DNA of 47,284 nucleotides, from assembly GCA_020536535.1 (NCBI GenBank), contig JAHLWZ010000776.1, positions 1 to 47,284 on the forward strand. The letters are read 5' to 3'. Of this stretch, positions 35,409 through 47,167 are shown one piece after another. Below the pieces are notes generated by a model. The model was not told the origin of the DNA. It saw only the letters and a list, made by a program, of their open reading frames with translations, and did not search any database. The position numbers and the translations under genes were made by a program. This DNA comes from Pelomyxa schiedti (taxonomy: Eukaryota > Protista > Evosea). Every line of letters starts with the position of its first letter. Position 1 is the first letter of the stretch.

Positions 35409-37000
35409 ATGGCTAGCGGGGGATGGGGACGTGGTAGAGGCAATGGAATGGGCGGAGGAGGTCCTGTGTGCTGCTTCAAGTGCGGCCAGGTTCACCGTTT
35501 GTAGCAGGCCGCAACATGTTGCTAAACTTGTTTTTCTTTTGTTTGGCAGCCGGGTCACTTCGCGCGTGATTGCGCGGTTGTGAGTTGTACTAGTACTTCT
35601 GCTTCTACTACCTCTAGCGGTCGCGGTCGGTCGGGGGGCAACTCCATGACTAGGTCAGAGCCTCGGTGCTATAACTGTGGCCAAGTACCTATTTTCCCCT
35701 TCTTCTCTCTTCCTCTACATACGCACCCCACAACATGTATGTAAAGCATTTCGGACCATCCCACCACACACAGGACGGGACACCGAGCCAGAGAGTGCTC
35801 TGTCGCAACCTCCGGTGCTACTAGTCCGCAGCATCTGATACGTGCCCCTGGAACACATGGCTTCATTGACACTCATTGCCACGTAAGTAGGGAGAGTGTT
35901 TTTACTGTCCTCCTCATAACTCTAAGTTGGATTATATTATGGATAAAATGAGAGTTCCTTCTTTTGAGCAGTTATTAGCCAGGCTTCACATGCCTGAGCA
36001 CTATAGGGGGTGCATAACCACATTTTGGTAAATTTTCTCTCCTGCGTTATCAACTAAGCCCTATGAAGTGACATGGCTGCGCTTTCTCCATCACTTGGGA
36101 ATGCTATGCAGCTCCTTGAAACGCCGCAAGTTTGGGGGACTTTTGGGTTGCACCCACACAATGCAAAATACTACAAGTGTGGCTTCTTTTTGTACAACTT
36201 CTTCTAAAACTTTACAGTGCTGCAGCTGAGGCCAAGTAGTTTTAACAGAACAAACCAAATGGATTAACCCCAACTAGGATTATCGAGTTTCTTAAACACC
36301 CAAAAGCGGTTGCCTGGGGTGAAATTGGTCTAGACTTTCAGAAAAATGTTTCAGAGCGGCAAGTACAGATTGAGGCTTTCCAGCAACAGGTTGAAAGGTG
36401 TTTCCAAACGTATTTTGACCGAGGTGCAGCTTGTGTGTGCCGTTTCTCTGGGGAAACCAGTTGTCATTCACTCTAGGCGGGCTGAGGATGTATGATGATT
36501 CAATTGCAGTTACATCCTAAAACTATCAAAGGAAACTTATGAGATTCTATGCACGTGTGTCCCTCATGACTGGCGAATTCATCTCCACTGCTTTAACGAA
36601 AGCATGGAGCACGCCGCACGAATGCACGGTATGAAAAACGGACTCATTTCTTTTCCTTAGACATATTCCAGCAACATTTCCTAATCTGTATTTCGGAATA
36701 TCTGGCCAGGTTGTTAACCCAAAGAACACAAATCTTGCTAGTGTTATTCAAGGGGTCATTCCCATTGACCGGTTACTTTTGGAGGTATTTCCCAGTAGGA
36801 GTAATAGAGAAATCTAACCAAACCCAAAAAAGACTGATGCCCCATACATTACCCCTCAACCAGCTACCGGCATCAACCACTCAGGAAACATCCCTTTCAT
36901 TGCCCAGTGGATTGCGGGGCTTCTGAGCATGGGTGTGGACCAAGTTCTGCAACAGTGTACCGCAAATGCAGCAGCTTTGTATAAACTGAGTCTCTCCTGA
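35409..37000 (+). CDS. RGG + CCHC zinc knuckles fused to a TatD-family nuclease
   Basis: MASGGWGRGRG; CFKCGQ|PGHFARDC; CYNCGQ|..GHRAREC; then TatD motifs FIDTHCH, FGLHPH, AWGEIGLDF, VVIHSR, IHLHCF, LLE|TDAPY. One junction is unresolved (see findings). Confidence 0.82.
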
Positions 37001-37155
37001 GAACTACCACCACAGAATTTTTGAGGAGCAAATAAAATAAATGAGAGGTGGTGAAAACAATGTCTTTCTTTATGTTTACAAGTGTGGTTTGGCCTCAGAA
37101 TTGTGGTAGTTGAAACAAAAAAGCAAAATCGGCAAATAGCTTGCAATAGAGGGGT

Positions 37156-37665
37156 TCACTTTGGAGAGCCCTTCCTTTGGTGTTGGCTTGGAGTGTAGGT
37201 CTGATTCTCGTCTAGCAGGCAAAGTGCTTGGAATTCATTGACCCAGGAGAGAACGGCAGAGCCGTTGACGTTGTTGGAGACTGGTGTGACGTAATTGCCG
37301 CCGGTGTGCAACTGCAATTGGGGCTGCACGTGTGGCGGCTGGTATGGGCTGTCATCCATCGCGCTTGGGGAACTTTCTTCCCCAAGCGACAGACTGAGGG
37401 AACCTGGTTGTGGTCCCTGGTGTGCCGTTTCGGCCGGCTGCGTAGTAGTAGTATCGCCGTGGTTCAAAGGTGATGGGGAAAGAGAAAAAGAAAGAGAAGG
37501 CGAAGGGGAAACGGATCGGGCAGAGTCCATGGAAAGAACAAAGGAATCGTTGTAGTCCGCGAGGCCGAGAGGCCCGTTGGAAAGGGACATGGGAGCCAAG
37601 GAGGTAGCCATCGCCCCATAAGTAGAAAATGGGGTGTTAACAGCGCCATAGCCGTATGAAATCAT
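37156..37665 (-). CDS. Hypothetical Ser/Pro-rich protein (limits uncertain)
   Basis: Open frame MISYGYGAVNTPF...RKGSPK lies downstream of a CpG/poly-T promoter-like region (37.8-38.1 kb) and a pyrimidine-rich acceptor. No recognisable domain. Confidence 0.4.
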   Translation of the reverse strand: MISYGYGAVNTPFSTYGAMATSLAPMSLSNGPLGLADYNDSFVLSMDSARSVSPSPSLSFSLSPSPLNHGDTTTTQPAETAHQGPQPGSLSLSLGEESSPSAMDDSPYQPPHVQPQLQLHTGGNYVTPVSNNVNGSAVLSWVNEFQALCLLDENQTYTPSQHQRKGSPK

Positions 37666-38367
37666 TCCGGGGAGCTGGCGCAGCAGCGAGAAGGGAGACG
37701 GCGGTGGCGGCGGCTGGTTGGTGAGTGAGAAGTGCGGCACGATAATGGGACACGACTGGGGCCCCAAGTGCGGTGTCGGTGGCGTAGTCATCGAAATACG
37801 GCGGGGGGGGAATTTGAGGGGGAGGGATTTTTCGTAAAGCCCTTGCGCTCGCAACGTAAACGGGTTGGTCTTGTTTTTGCTGTGGAATGGCTGTGTACTC
37901 GGCGATACGGCACAATAAATAGGCCAAGGTTTGAAAGCGCTAGACGACGACGACGACGAAAAAAAGGCCAATTTACAGGGCTCCGAGGCACAGCCCAGCG
38001 ACTTGTTCCCGCCGCTCTTTTTTTTTTTTTTTTTTGTGGTTTTTTTGTGAATTGAAACTTGCGTTTGCAATTTCGTTTCCACCGGACTTTTCTTTCTAGA
38101 AAAAGCGACGCGTGGGCGATCTGATCTCCCGAACATCAAAGGCCAAGACATACAAATCCATTGTTCTTTTTTGTAGCCTTTTAAGGTGCCAATGGACGTT
38201 TCAGATGTTGCAAACAACATCAAGTGTCATTCCATTCTCTGATCGTGAAGGGTGTGCCGACCCTCTCCCTGGGTCTGTGTGTACGATCTCTATCTTGCAT
38301 CCGGCTGTATCTTGTGGAAAGAAAACGGTGAGCATAGACGGGGGTGAAGGGTGGCAAACCTTGTTGT

Positions 38368-40316
38368 TTAGGGTATGACTGTAACTACATCCCTCTCGGT
38401 TATTGGCTTGAGAGGTTCAACGGGGTTCTGGGCTCCAGGCTGCCTGGCGGGATGTGCCCGCAGGCGTTTGCGTTGATCTGCGAGAACCATGATGTCCCTC
38501 TTGGTGCGCATGGAATTCAACTGCTTAGGTAGATGGTGATAGTCGTGAATGGATCGGACGGGCTTGACGTGTTTGTAACGGTCGATAAGCTTTTCTTTGT
38601 AATCACGGTTCATTTGGTCTCGCAAGGTCAACTACTTTGTGGTCAGCGAGAGATCCACGTGGTTTACTAGAATGCGGCACACCAGTTTGAGTGGCTCAGA
38701 AGCGTTAGCTTTCCATACTCTCACGTTACCATCACTGCTGCCACTCACTATGAAACGGGAATCAACTGAAAACTTACTAACCCAACATCTCTGCATGCGC
38801 TGGGTGTGATATACATCCCTTGCTCGAATATGATTAAGTCTACTAAGAATAAGTAGCAATTTGATAAATAAAGCACGCACGGCCAGATTCTTATTGAGCG
38901 GTCAAAGGAGCACGAAACAACTTCCAACCCTGTAGGAGAGAAATCTACATCCATCCTAGGAATGATGAGTATGCCAAGAGGAAGCACACAACTTACACAG
39001 CTTGGAAGTGGCCTCGGTATGCTTTCGACGCTTTCGTGAAGAATCTGGCATCGTAGGTGTAAACATTACTGTCTTCACTTCCAGTTGCAAACTGGTATGC
39101 AACCATTGGGTTCCACGAAATACTATTTACCTTGTTCTGTTGCCATTAGATTGATTATTGCTGTATTGTTTTTTTGTTAAACCTTAGTGACTAACTTTCT
39201 TATGGGAGTTTTCCTGCGAAGATCGTAAAGAGTTATAGCTCTTTCGTTGCCACAACTGACAAGAAGATCTTGTTCAATTGGATTGAATTTGCAGACGTTG
39301 AGAGTTTCATCTCCCCACTGATAAGATTCGATTGGTGTTGAGCTACCTTTGAGTAAAAACGCAAGCAAACAACAACGTCAAGTGAAGCACACCGTTCATG
39401 TGACCATATTTGCACCACCCCAAAACCTGCAGAAGCAAACACAGTATTTGCTCTTTGATGATCAAGGTACCTGCACTCAATCAATAACATAGTCATGGGT
39501 TACAGCATCAACAGTCCATACATAATAGAGTGCTTGCATGGGTAGGTGCTCATTGGCTAAAAGAATTACTATGAGCAAACATTCTCAAAATGATAGGTGG
39601 CACATACAACGACTTTTTTTGCTGCATTGCCTTGGTTAAAGAGTAAAGGCCATTGTTTAATCACATTATCTGAGCCACATGAAAAGAATGTATGGCCGGC
39701 ATTTGACATGCAAAGACCCCGAACAAGGCCTTCATGGCCCTGTATCTCGTTCACACACGTTCTGGAAATCAACCACTTTTACATATACGGAAACCGGAAA
39801 ACAAAAATGTACCTGCTAGCAATATCCCAGACCCTAATTTCTATTATTTCTGGTCAGGATAATTTCAGGAAATTGTAGGCATTACCTCCCTCAGCACCTC
39901 CACTCACGAAACAGGGGAGAAAGGTTGGATGTCTAGCCATACTAACTACACCATCAAGATGTCCTCTGGTAATAAAATGAAACATTCGTTATGACTGGTA
40001 TTGCCAAATATATGAAGTTTATTTACTAAGTAATGGTGCACTGCAAATTGGATGAACCACACAAGTACTTACGACATAGCTCCCACGAATGGTTTCGCGA
40101 ACATCTTCTCCATTTTGACTGCGTTCATTGCCCTCACAAACTCACGCGGTTTTTCAAAGGGATGTATTGCCGGGTCCGTGTTTTTCAGTACTTTCTTGGC
40201 CGTACCAGGCGTCTCCTGTAGCAACTGACGGCGGGATCTCGAGATCACCTTAACCTTCTTGACTTGATGTTAATACTACGTATAACGCTCGATACGCCAC
40301 GACGACGCACCACCAT
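38368..40316 (-). CDS. DCAF13: U3 snoRNP WD40 protein SOF1/DCAF13
   Basis: KVKVISRS..DPAIHPFEKPREFVRAMNAVKMEKMFAKPF, GHLDG, WD repeats, YHTQRMQR, IVSGSSDGNVRVWKANASE and a C-terminal Sof1 region (VRSIHDYHHLPK). Confidence 0.95.
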
Positions 40317-40408
40317 CTTTGATCGTCGGGGTTTTAATTAACTTTTTAATTAAAAACTGGCTACTAGATTATTTTTTTCACTCAGAACTCAGTCTCGACA
40401 GATCAGAC

Positions 40409-40899
40409 TCACATAGCAGCCACCAATTCCTTGAATTTGAGCTTTGCTTGTTCGGCCTGAGTCTCGAGTCTGTCCCTTGCGGCCTTCAACTTGGAGCCAG
40501 TCTGAGACTTCAATTCGGCCAGCTTGATCTGTATCTCGTCGCGCTTGGAACGGGCCTCGGAGATCGCCTTGTTGAGCTTCTCCTTGCGAATTCCCTCCAG
40601 AGATCCAAGGGACATTTCGGCGCGGACAAGTTGTCCCTCGTACTCCTTGAGCTGGTTGCGAAGTTTCTTTTCAAAGCTCACTTGGTCTGAAGACAGTGAG
40701 GTTCAGTCTCTAATAATACACCCACTACTAGTGATACTATTATAATATTGAATGTGCTGTGGCATAAATACAAACCATTTTTAGACGAGGGCTTGGCAAT
40801 GTAGACTCCAGCGACTACGAGTGCAACGACAACAAGGCCCACACCAATCACCGAGAACAAGTATCTGTGTGCTCGCACTGTCGATATCACCGTTTGCAT
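40409..40899 (-). CDS. Small N-terminally membrane-anchored coiled-coil protein
   Basis: MQTVISTVRAHRYLFSVIGVGLVVVALVVAGVYIAK in exon 1; heptad-rich E/K/Q/L exon 40409-40690. Confidence 0.55.
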
Positions 40900-41352
40900 T
40901 TTTTTGTTTGTTCAGTTTCCCTTCTCACTCCTTCCCTTCGTTTCTGTCTGAATGATTTACCGAGACCCCAACGTTGGCCAGGCTTTCGGTCATTCGTCAC
41001 CAGTCATAACCCACGCCCTTTTATCAGATTTCGATGGTTTTTTCCCCCATTGGAGAACGAACTGACACTTTAACGAGTAATGTACGTCCGCCCTCCGTGT
41101 TCCACTGCTGATCTTGCATCCTAATCACAAGCACTGCACGCAGGGATGGATCTTGATCCTAAGCTGCATGAACAGAAAGAGATCTGGCTTTTTCCACCCC
41201 CAAAAGTCGACAATCAAGAAAAAAAAAAATTTACGCCTTTTTGGCTCGTTACGACCCGTGGCCACGAGACACCGAGCACGCGGCCACAACACCCACCCAA
41301 TCGACTTCTCTTGCCATCCCATAAGTACTAGTCCTGTTGGGGTTTACAAGTG

Positions 41353-43135
41353 ATGGCCTTCAGTAGTGACGCCGTTTTGGCACTCGTTGCCTTTACTCTC
41401 ATCAATGCACTCAATTGCGCTGATAGGTACTTGGGTTTTTTTTGTTTTTTAAATGTGTCATGTTGGGTGAAATCAAGCTATAAATTGATAAAATTCCATC
41501 CTACTTTTCCCCAAGGTATATCCCATCAGCAACAAAGGCCTTGTTGATAGAAGACCTTGGATTGACAGACACTCAAACTGGTGCCTTGATGACTGGTTTC
41601 ATGGTGCTGTTTTTGGTTACAACTCCAGTTGTGGCCATTTTGGTTGACAAGGGGATGCCAAGGTAATGACTTAGGAAATCTTCTTCCCTCGTTATTCTTA
41701 GTGCCTGATACAGGAAATTCTTTGTGATAGGAGGAGTGCTGCTGTGGTGTGTGGCTGCTGGTTTGGGTGCACTGGCAGTTAACTTTTGGACTCTTTTACT
41801 TCCTCGTTGTTTTGTGGGAGTTGGTGAAGCTTCGTATGCTTTTGCAGTGCTCTGCTTCTTTTCACCACTTCTAGATATGGTACTCTGGCACAAACAATTA
41901 TCAGTGACTTTTTCCCACCGGAACGACGGGCACTGACACTTGGAATCTATGATGCTGCCATACCAAGCGGCAGTGCAGTGGGATTCTTACTTGGTGGTTT
42001 CATTGGGCAATGTAGACAACTGGCACTCTTGTGTAACAGCAACTAACTTCACTGATAGATATGGGCTGGAGGTACGCGTTTCTGATCACTGCCATCCCTG
42101 GGTTAGCAGTTGTTCTTGTTGGGTTCCTTAACATGCCGGTTGCTGGGCAGAGTGAGAAGACAGGGAAAGAGGAGAAGAAACCACCTCCATGTATTTCTGA
42201 ACTTGGGTTCTATTTGGTCTTAACTGCTACCCAGCTCTTCTTGCTACATTGAAGACTCTAATCAAGAGTCCGACGTACCTTTTTGCTCTTTTTGGGAATA
42301 TCCCTTTTGCCTTTGGCAAAGGTTTATTAGCCGATTGGATGTCCATTTTCCTCATTCGAGATCATGGTGTGTTTGTCTCACTTTTTTTTTTCCCCATATC
42401 GAACTAAGCATTGATTGTTGGGTGTATTAGGCTTGACAGTAAGTCAAGCTGGAGTTTTTGCTGGGTGTATAGCCATTGCCGGAGGAATTTTGGGCAGTGT
42501 ACTCGGTGGTGTTGTTTCTGAGAAGTGAGACTTATAAGGTGCTGTTAACTGTTAACTAATAAGAACTTCCACAGAATGGCAAAGAAGGTTAAGAACCCCC
42601 AGATGTTAGTGAGTTCCGTGGGAGTTGTTATTGCAAGTGGTTTCGCTGTTCTAGCTTTCTGTATGTGCACATCTCCCCTATTGTCACCAATCCAATCCAA
42701 TCCCATCCATAGTTGTGATGCAGGATAGCATACTCTTCGTTGCGGCCATGCTTCTCTTAGCCTCCATAAGCTCCTGGACATCAAATGGTAAATTCTAAAG
42801 CTCGTTTTGCCCTCATCCCTGATAAACCTCCCTCCCAAGGTCCCATACTTGCGGTTGTGGTCGGCAGTGCACCGCCCGATATGAGGGCCCGCACCATTGG
42901 TATTTCCGTTATCCTGGTTCACCTCTTTGGCGATGCCTTCTCTCCCACAATTGCCGGGCTTATTTCTGATGTCACTGGCGATATCAGAAATGCCATGATC
43001 ATGTACCCAGTAACCCTTGTTGTGGCCGGGATTGTCTGGTTTATTGGATTCTGGGTCTGCCGGCACTTTGTTCACAAATCCCAGAAGGCTACTAAGAGCA
43101 CCAGGCTTGTGGACTTGGAGACAATGGACACCTAA
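41353..43135 (+). CDS. Spinster-type MFS transporter
   Basis: INALNCADR, RCFVGVGEASY, LSDFFPPERRALTLGIY, GWRYAF, RARTIGISVILVHLFGDAFSPTIAGLISD. Confidence 0.9.
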
Positions 43136-43211
43136 TTACCTCTTAACCTCTACAAAAAATAAGTAACAAAAAGAATACTCTTTTTATTTTCGTCTTTTTT
43201 TTTCCTTTTTT

Positions 43212-46074
43212 TTACTGGATTTTGCAAATATCGGTGTAGTCGACATTGGACACAAGGGCTCCCACACTTATTGTGCAATTCGGCCCGGCCTTTGTGATTT
43301 TGATATCCGCTGTGGAATTTGTTAAGCTGCAACAAATGGTGTGGAAAAAGGGACAAACCACAAAAGTCTTTAACGTGCACAGCTTCCAGGGTTGCTATGC
43401 TGCCTCTAAATGGACCCTTGACAACTAGCACAGGTCTTCCAATGCCCTGTGTTGTGGAGGTAAGAATGAATATTAAGTGCTAATAGTTCGTTTACCGGTA
43501 AAACGGTCTCCAGTTGTGCTTCATCAACTCTCAACACAGAGTTTGGTGGTTCAAGCATGCGCACATGTGCACAATAGGTGTCAACAACGCCCTCAACCAC
43601 CCCCTTTTTGTTGTAGTAAGCCCCATTTCCAATGTCTTTTGCAAGCACTTTCACAACAATCCCGTTTGCAAGCCAACTAAGCTCTTGTTTCCTCGGCTGT
43701 GCACGGGGAACAGATTGGCTTTGCCCCTTTGGCCTAAAATGTGCAGGGTTAACAAAATGCAAAAAACATGTTGAAGTCATACACTTGAGCACAGGATGGC
43801 TGTGGAGGCCTGAGCTTCTTAGTTGCGGGTTCCTCTGCTACAACTTCATCAACGGTGGCTGCAGCTACACTGATTTTGGGGGGAACTTTCAGTGTCATTT
43901 GCAAAGAAGGTTTGCTTGTGGATGAACTTGGGGTGGGGAGGGTTTCAGTTTTGACCTGTACTTGGGAGGGAGTCTCAGCTGGTGGTTTTGACAATGGTTG
44001 TGTATTCGGAAGCTTTGATCCCTCACCAACGACTGGCCCTTGGCTCGTTATAGCAGGAAGATTGCTTGATGAAATAGTTGAGACTGCAGGCGTCTGGGTA
44101 TTTGTTGGAACCACACTGTTCTCGGTGTTAATTTTTGGGACCACAGTGTTCTCTGCTTTTTTCTCGAGAGTATCTGACACAATAGCCAACTCTACATCTT
44201 TTTGGCTATTACTCTCTTTTGATGCACTTGTATTTTCATTACTGGGGGAGATGCCTGTATTGGTTTCGGGCTTTTGGATACTGCCAACTGAGTCTACAGA
44301 GGAACTTGCTGTGGTAACATCACACATAGGTTTCTCTGTAGATGGCTTTGTAGGCTCCCGTGCATGCTTTCTTTTTTTTGGTAGTTTACTGTGGGTGGCA
44401 CTTGGTGTTGTGCAAGAGGATCCTTCCGGTATGGAAACCCACGAAGAATTGGGGGTGTTTGAAGACGTGGTTGCTGTGGGTGTTGTAGAAGTGGTTGAAG
44501 TTGTCGTGGAATCTGCGTGTTTGACTATTGTGTCTGGAAGCGATGCTCTTAGTTTAATTTGGTGTAATAGGTCCATGTCTCTCATGTGCTTTAGAGGTTT
44601 GGGGGCTTCAATTTTTAGTGATGCAAAATCGAATTTTGGAGGCTCTGGTGGCTCTACGAGTGGTTCATCTTGCTTTTCGGAACTAATTGGCACCTCGAGG
44701 TGGTCCTCTTTTACTTCAGTCACGTCTAGCTTTCTTTCAGTACCAGCTTCAGCGTGGTCTTCACTGGGATTGGTTTCTTTTTCTTCGTCTTCGTCGTCGT
44801 CATCCTCATCATCGTCGTTGTCATCATCATCATCCTCATCATCTTCTTCTTCATCGTCGTCACCAGCATCTAGCCCGGTACCAAAGTCCACAGACTTTCC
44901 CAGCTCTACTCCGTCAATGCCTACTCCCAATGAAGGGGGTGCTGATGACTCATCAACAGGCTCAGTGGTAGAAGAGCCTGGCGCTTGGGGTTCTCCATTT
45001 GTGGCGGCTTTCTGTGCTGCATCCTGATTCCGTAGTCTTTCCATTTCCTTGTAGTGTTCCAGTCTAGCGGACATAATTTTCTGATTCCTATCTTCATCAT
45101 CCAAAGAAGCTTTGGACTTCTTTTTCAGTTTCTCTTGGCGTTCCAAAGCAGCAGGGTCTCTGTCAATATACTTGATATACCAGCCTTTGGGAGTTTCATC
45201 AACTTCACATTTACCAGTACGTCCCAGGTACTAGGAAGAAAATGAGATACATTGTGCTGATACTACTATTTTTGTACCTTCACAAATCCTGTTAGTGTAG
45301 TCCATGTGGTACCGTTCATGTGAATGTGATTCCTGTCTGATGAAGGTAAATTATCAAAATTGCTGTGAAATATAGTCAACCTTGAATGTACTCATTGTAC
45401 ACAGTATTGGCTCGTACACGCTTACTGCGGTACCTGTATAATAATATAAGTGTGTGAAAACAAAGAATTCTTGCTGCTGCCTTAGGGTGTGACAGTGTGT
45501 TGCTTTCATTGTTTCTGTTTCTCAGGTGAGGTGTTTGTTTTGATGTGGGGAAAAAGAAACACCTGCTCTTCACTAGGTCCATGAACCCTGCCTCGAATTG
45601 CCGCGAATAATCGTGGATGAAGCGCCCAGGCGACTGGGCAAACAGAACCATTTGACGTTGGTGACTTTCACTTTCACAGTGGCACTAAACAGTTCACATT
45701 AGGACAAGTACTGGTGTTTGGACTTCCGCACCTTGAAACCTGTAAAATTTGATAAGGTTTTGACTCTGTGGCAATAAAACAAACATAGAAGGGAAAGAAG
45801 GGGGAGGGGAAAAAGAAAGAAAAACAAAAAGTCACAAAAAGCTAACCGTTTTCATCCCTGCACTGCTTTTGACACATCTGACAATACCATCGTAACTTCT
45901 GAAGTCCCTTGGCCTTTGGTCGCGTAAGACACCCAATTATCAATCACCACGAAAGTGAGTGCGCGCTACGTTTGCAAAGGAGAAAGGGGGTCTCGCGTCC
46001 AAAACAACATCACTCGTCCTTGCCTTTATTCTGTTGGAAATGGCCTTGGGCGAGAGGAACTCGTGCTTCGGCAT
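43212..46074 (-). CDS. KIN17: DNA/RNA-binding protein KIN17 with expanded low-complexity linker
   Basis: MPKHEFLSPKAISNRIK|AKGLQKLRWYCQMCQKQCRDENGFK, HMDYTN, KGWYIKYIDRDP; C-terminal KOW/SH3-like WLANGIVVKV..KKGVV..LETVLP..DYTDICKIQ. Confidence 0.94.
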
Positions 46075-46154
46075 CTTCAAAGACCCTTTTTTTAATTAAT
46101 TTTTAAAAACAAAGTCTGCCGAGGTCGAAGGAAAGGCTCACTCGACAAAGGGGG

Positions 46155-46160
46155 AAAAAA
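46155..46160 (-). terminator. Pol III terminator (T6) of tRNA-Tyr
   Basis: TTTTTT on the minus strand, 2 nt downstream of the discriminator base. Confidence 0.8.
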
Positions 46161-46162
46161 GC

Positions 46163-46249
46163 TCCTCGCTGCCGGAATCGAACCAGCGACAAATGGATTA
46201 CTTTGGCTTTCACTACAGTCCACTACTCTACCAACTGAGCTAAGCGAGG
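46163..46249 (-). tRNA. tRNA-Tyr: tRNA-Tyr (GTA) with a 14-nt canonical intron (46199-46212)
   Basis: CCTCGCT/AGCGAGG acceptor stem, D-arm GCTCAGTTGGTAGAGT, anticodon arm GTGGA-CTGTAG[intron]A-TCCAT, T-arm GCTGG-TTCGATT-CCGGC; 73 nt after splicing. Confidence 0.97.
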
Positions 46250-46370
46250 TTTGTGAGAGATGGGGAGGAGTGTGTGTTTGTACAGGGAAATCCCTTTTTC
46301 TTGTATTTTTCTGTCTGAATGCTTCTTCTGGGTGAACTGGTGTACAACAATTCCAAACGGTTTATTGTGG

Positions 46371-47093
46371 TCAGAACCTTTGGGAAGGAGGCAAGGGCTC
46401 GGTGGGAGTGCGGATTGATTGTACTTGGTTTGTTTGTGTAGGTGTGTTGGTGGGTTGCTCTGGAGGCTGTAGCGGGGGTAGTTGAGGGGCTTGTAGCTGT
46501 TGCGGCGAGTATAGCCTCATTCTCCAATCGTGGTATTGTGTCATTTGGTGGTAGATGTTGGCTGCACAGTCTGGGCTCTCCAGAGCTTCACGAAAGGACT
46601 CCGTCTGCAATAGTTCCAAAAAAATTAGGCAGTTAGGGTAACTGCACGAAAGTAGAGTGTTAGTCGTACAGCAAGAGAGTGAGTAGAATAGGTACTCCAA
46701 GAATCTGGCGTACTGCGGCTGCTTCCAGTACTGCAAATAGTTCAAGTAGTTTATAAACGCCTTGTCATGAAATATCTTCCCATGGAACCGCGCAAGGTCT
46801 CCTATTATTAATAGTACCCAAAACAAAGGGAAAGAGGGGGAAGAAATGAATCTAAGATTGGGAAACAGAAGAACGCCAAAGAAAGTACAATGGAGGTATT
46901 CCGGATTGCATAGGCACTGCACGAATTCAAGTTCGATTTGAAACCGCATGAGATCGTCATCGCCCGCGGCCGAGGAATCAACGTAAGCAGCCGCGCTCAT
47001 TGACGTCGTAGTTGACGTCGCAGTCGCTGCAGATGCCGTCGTAGTTGTCGTAGTTTGTCGCTCCTCCGGCGCCCCGTTTCCTTCCTCCATCAT
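46371..47093 (-). CDS. MED31: Mediator subunit 31 (SOH1)
   Basis: RFQIELEFVQCLCNPEYLH, FINYLNYLQYWKQPQYARFL, YPNCLIFLELLQTESFR; two in-frame introns. Confidence 0.95.
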   Translation of the reverse strand: MMEEGNGAPEERQTTTTTTASAATATSTTTSMSAAAYVDSSAAGDDDLMRFQIELEFVQCLCNPEYLHCTFFGVLLFPNLRFISSPSFPLFWVLLIIGDLARFHGKIFHDKAFINYLNYLQYWKQPQYARFLEYLFYSLSCCTTNTLLSCSYPNCLIFLELLQTESFREALESPDCAANIYHQMTQYHDWRMRLYSPQQLQAPQLPPLQPPEQPTNTPTQTNQVQSIRTPTEPLPPSQRF

Positions 47094-47167
47094 TTTTGTT
47101 TGGGACTCGAGGTTTTTTAAGATCGGCTCTTTTCTGCTAATACCAATTTCGCGTTTTGAGTGCGTTG

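Noticed and set aside
29884-35800. LTR retrotransposon (aspartic protease plus CCHC knuckles)
   Set aside because: The two motifs lie in separate intron-containing genes about 5 kb apart with housekeeping genes between them; no RT, RNase H, integrase or LTRs.
37666-38223. N-terminal extension of the 355-aa minus-strand ORF
   Set aside because: It begins at a non-ATG codon and crosses poly-A/promoter-like and intron-like sequence (KKKKKK, PPPPP); unlikely to be coding.
43855-45027. 390-aa plus-strand ORF
   Set aside because: Antisense shadow of the low-complexity KIN17 exon, with no domain features.
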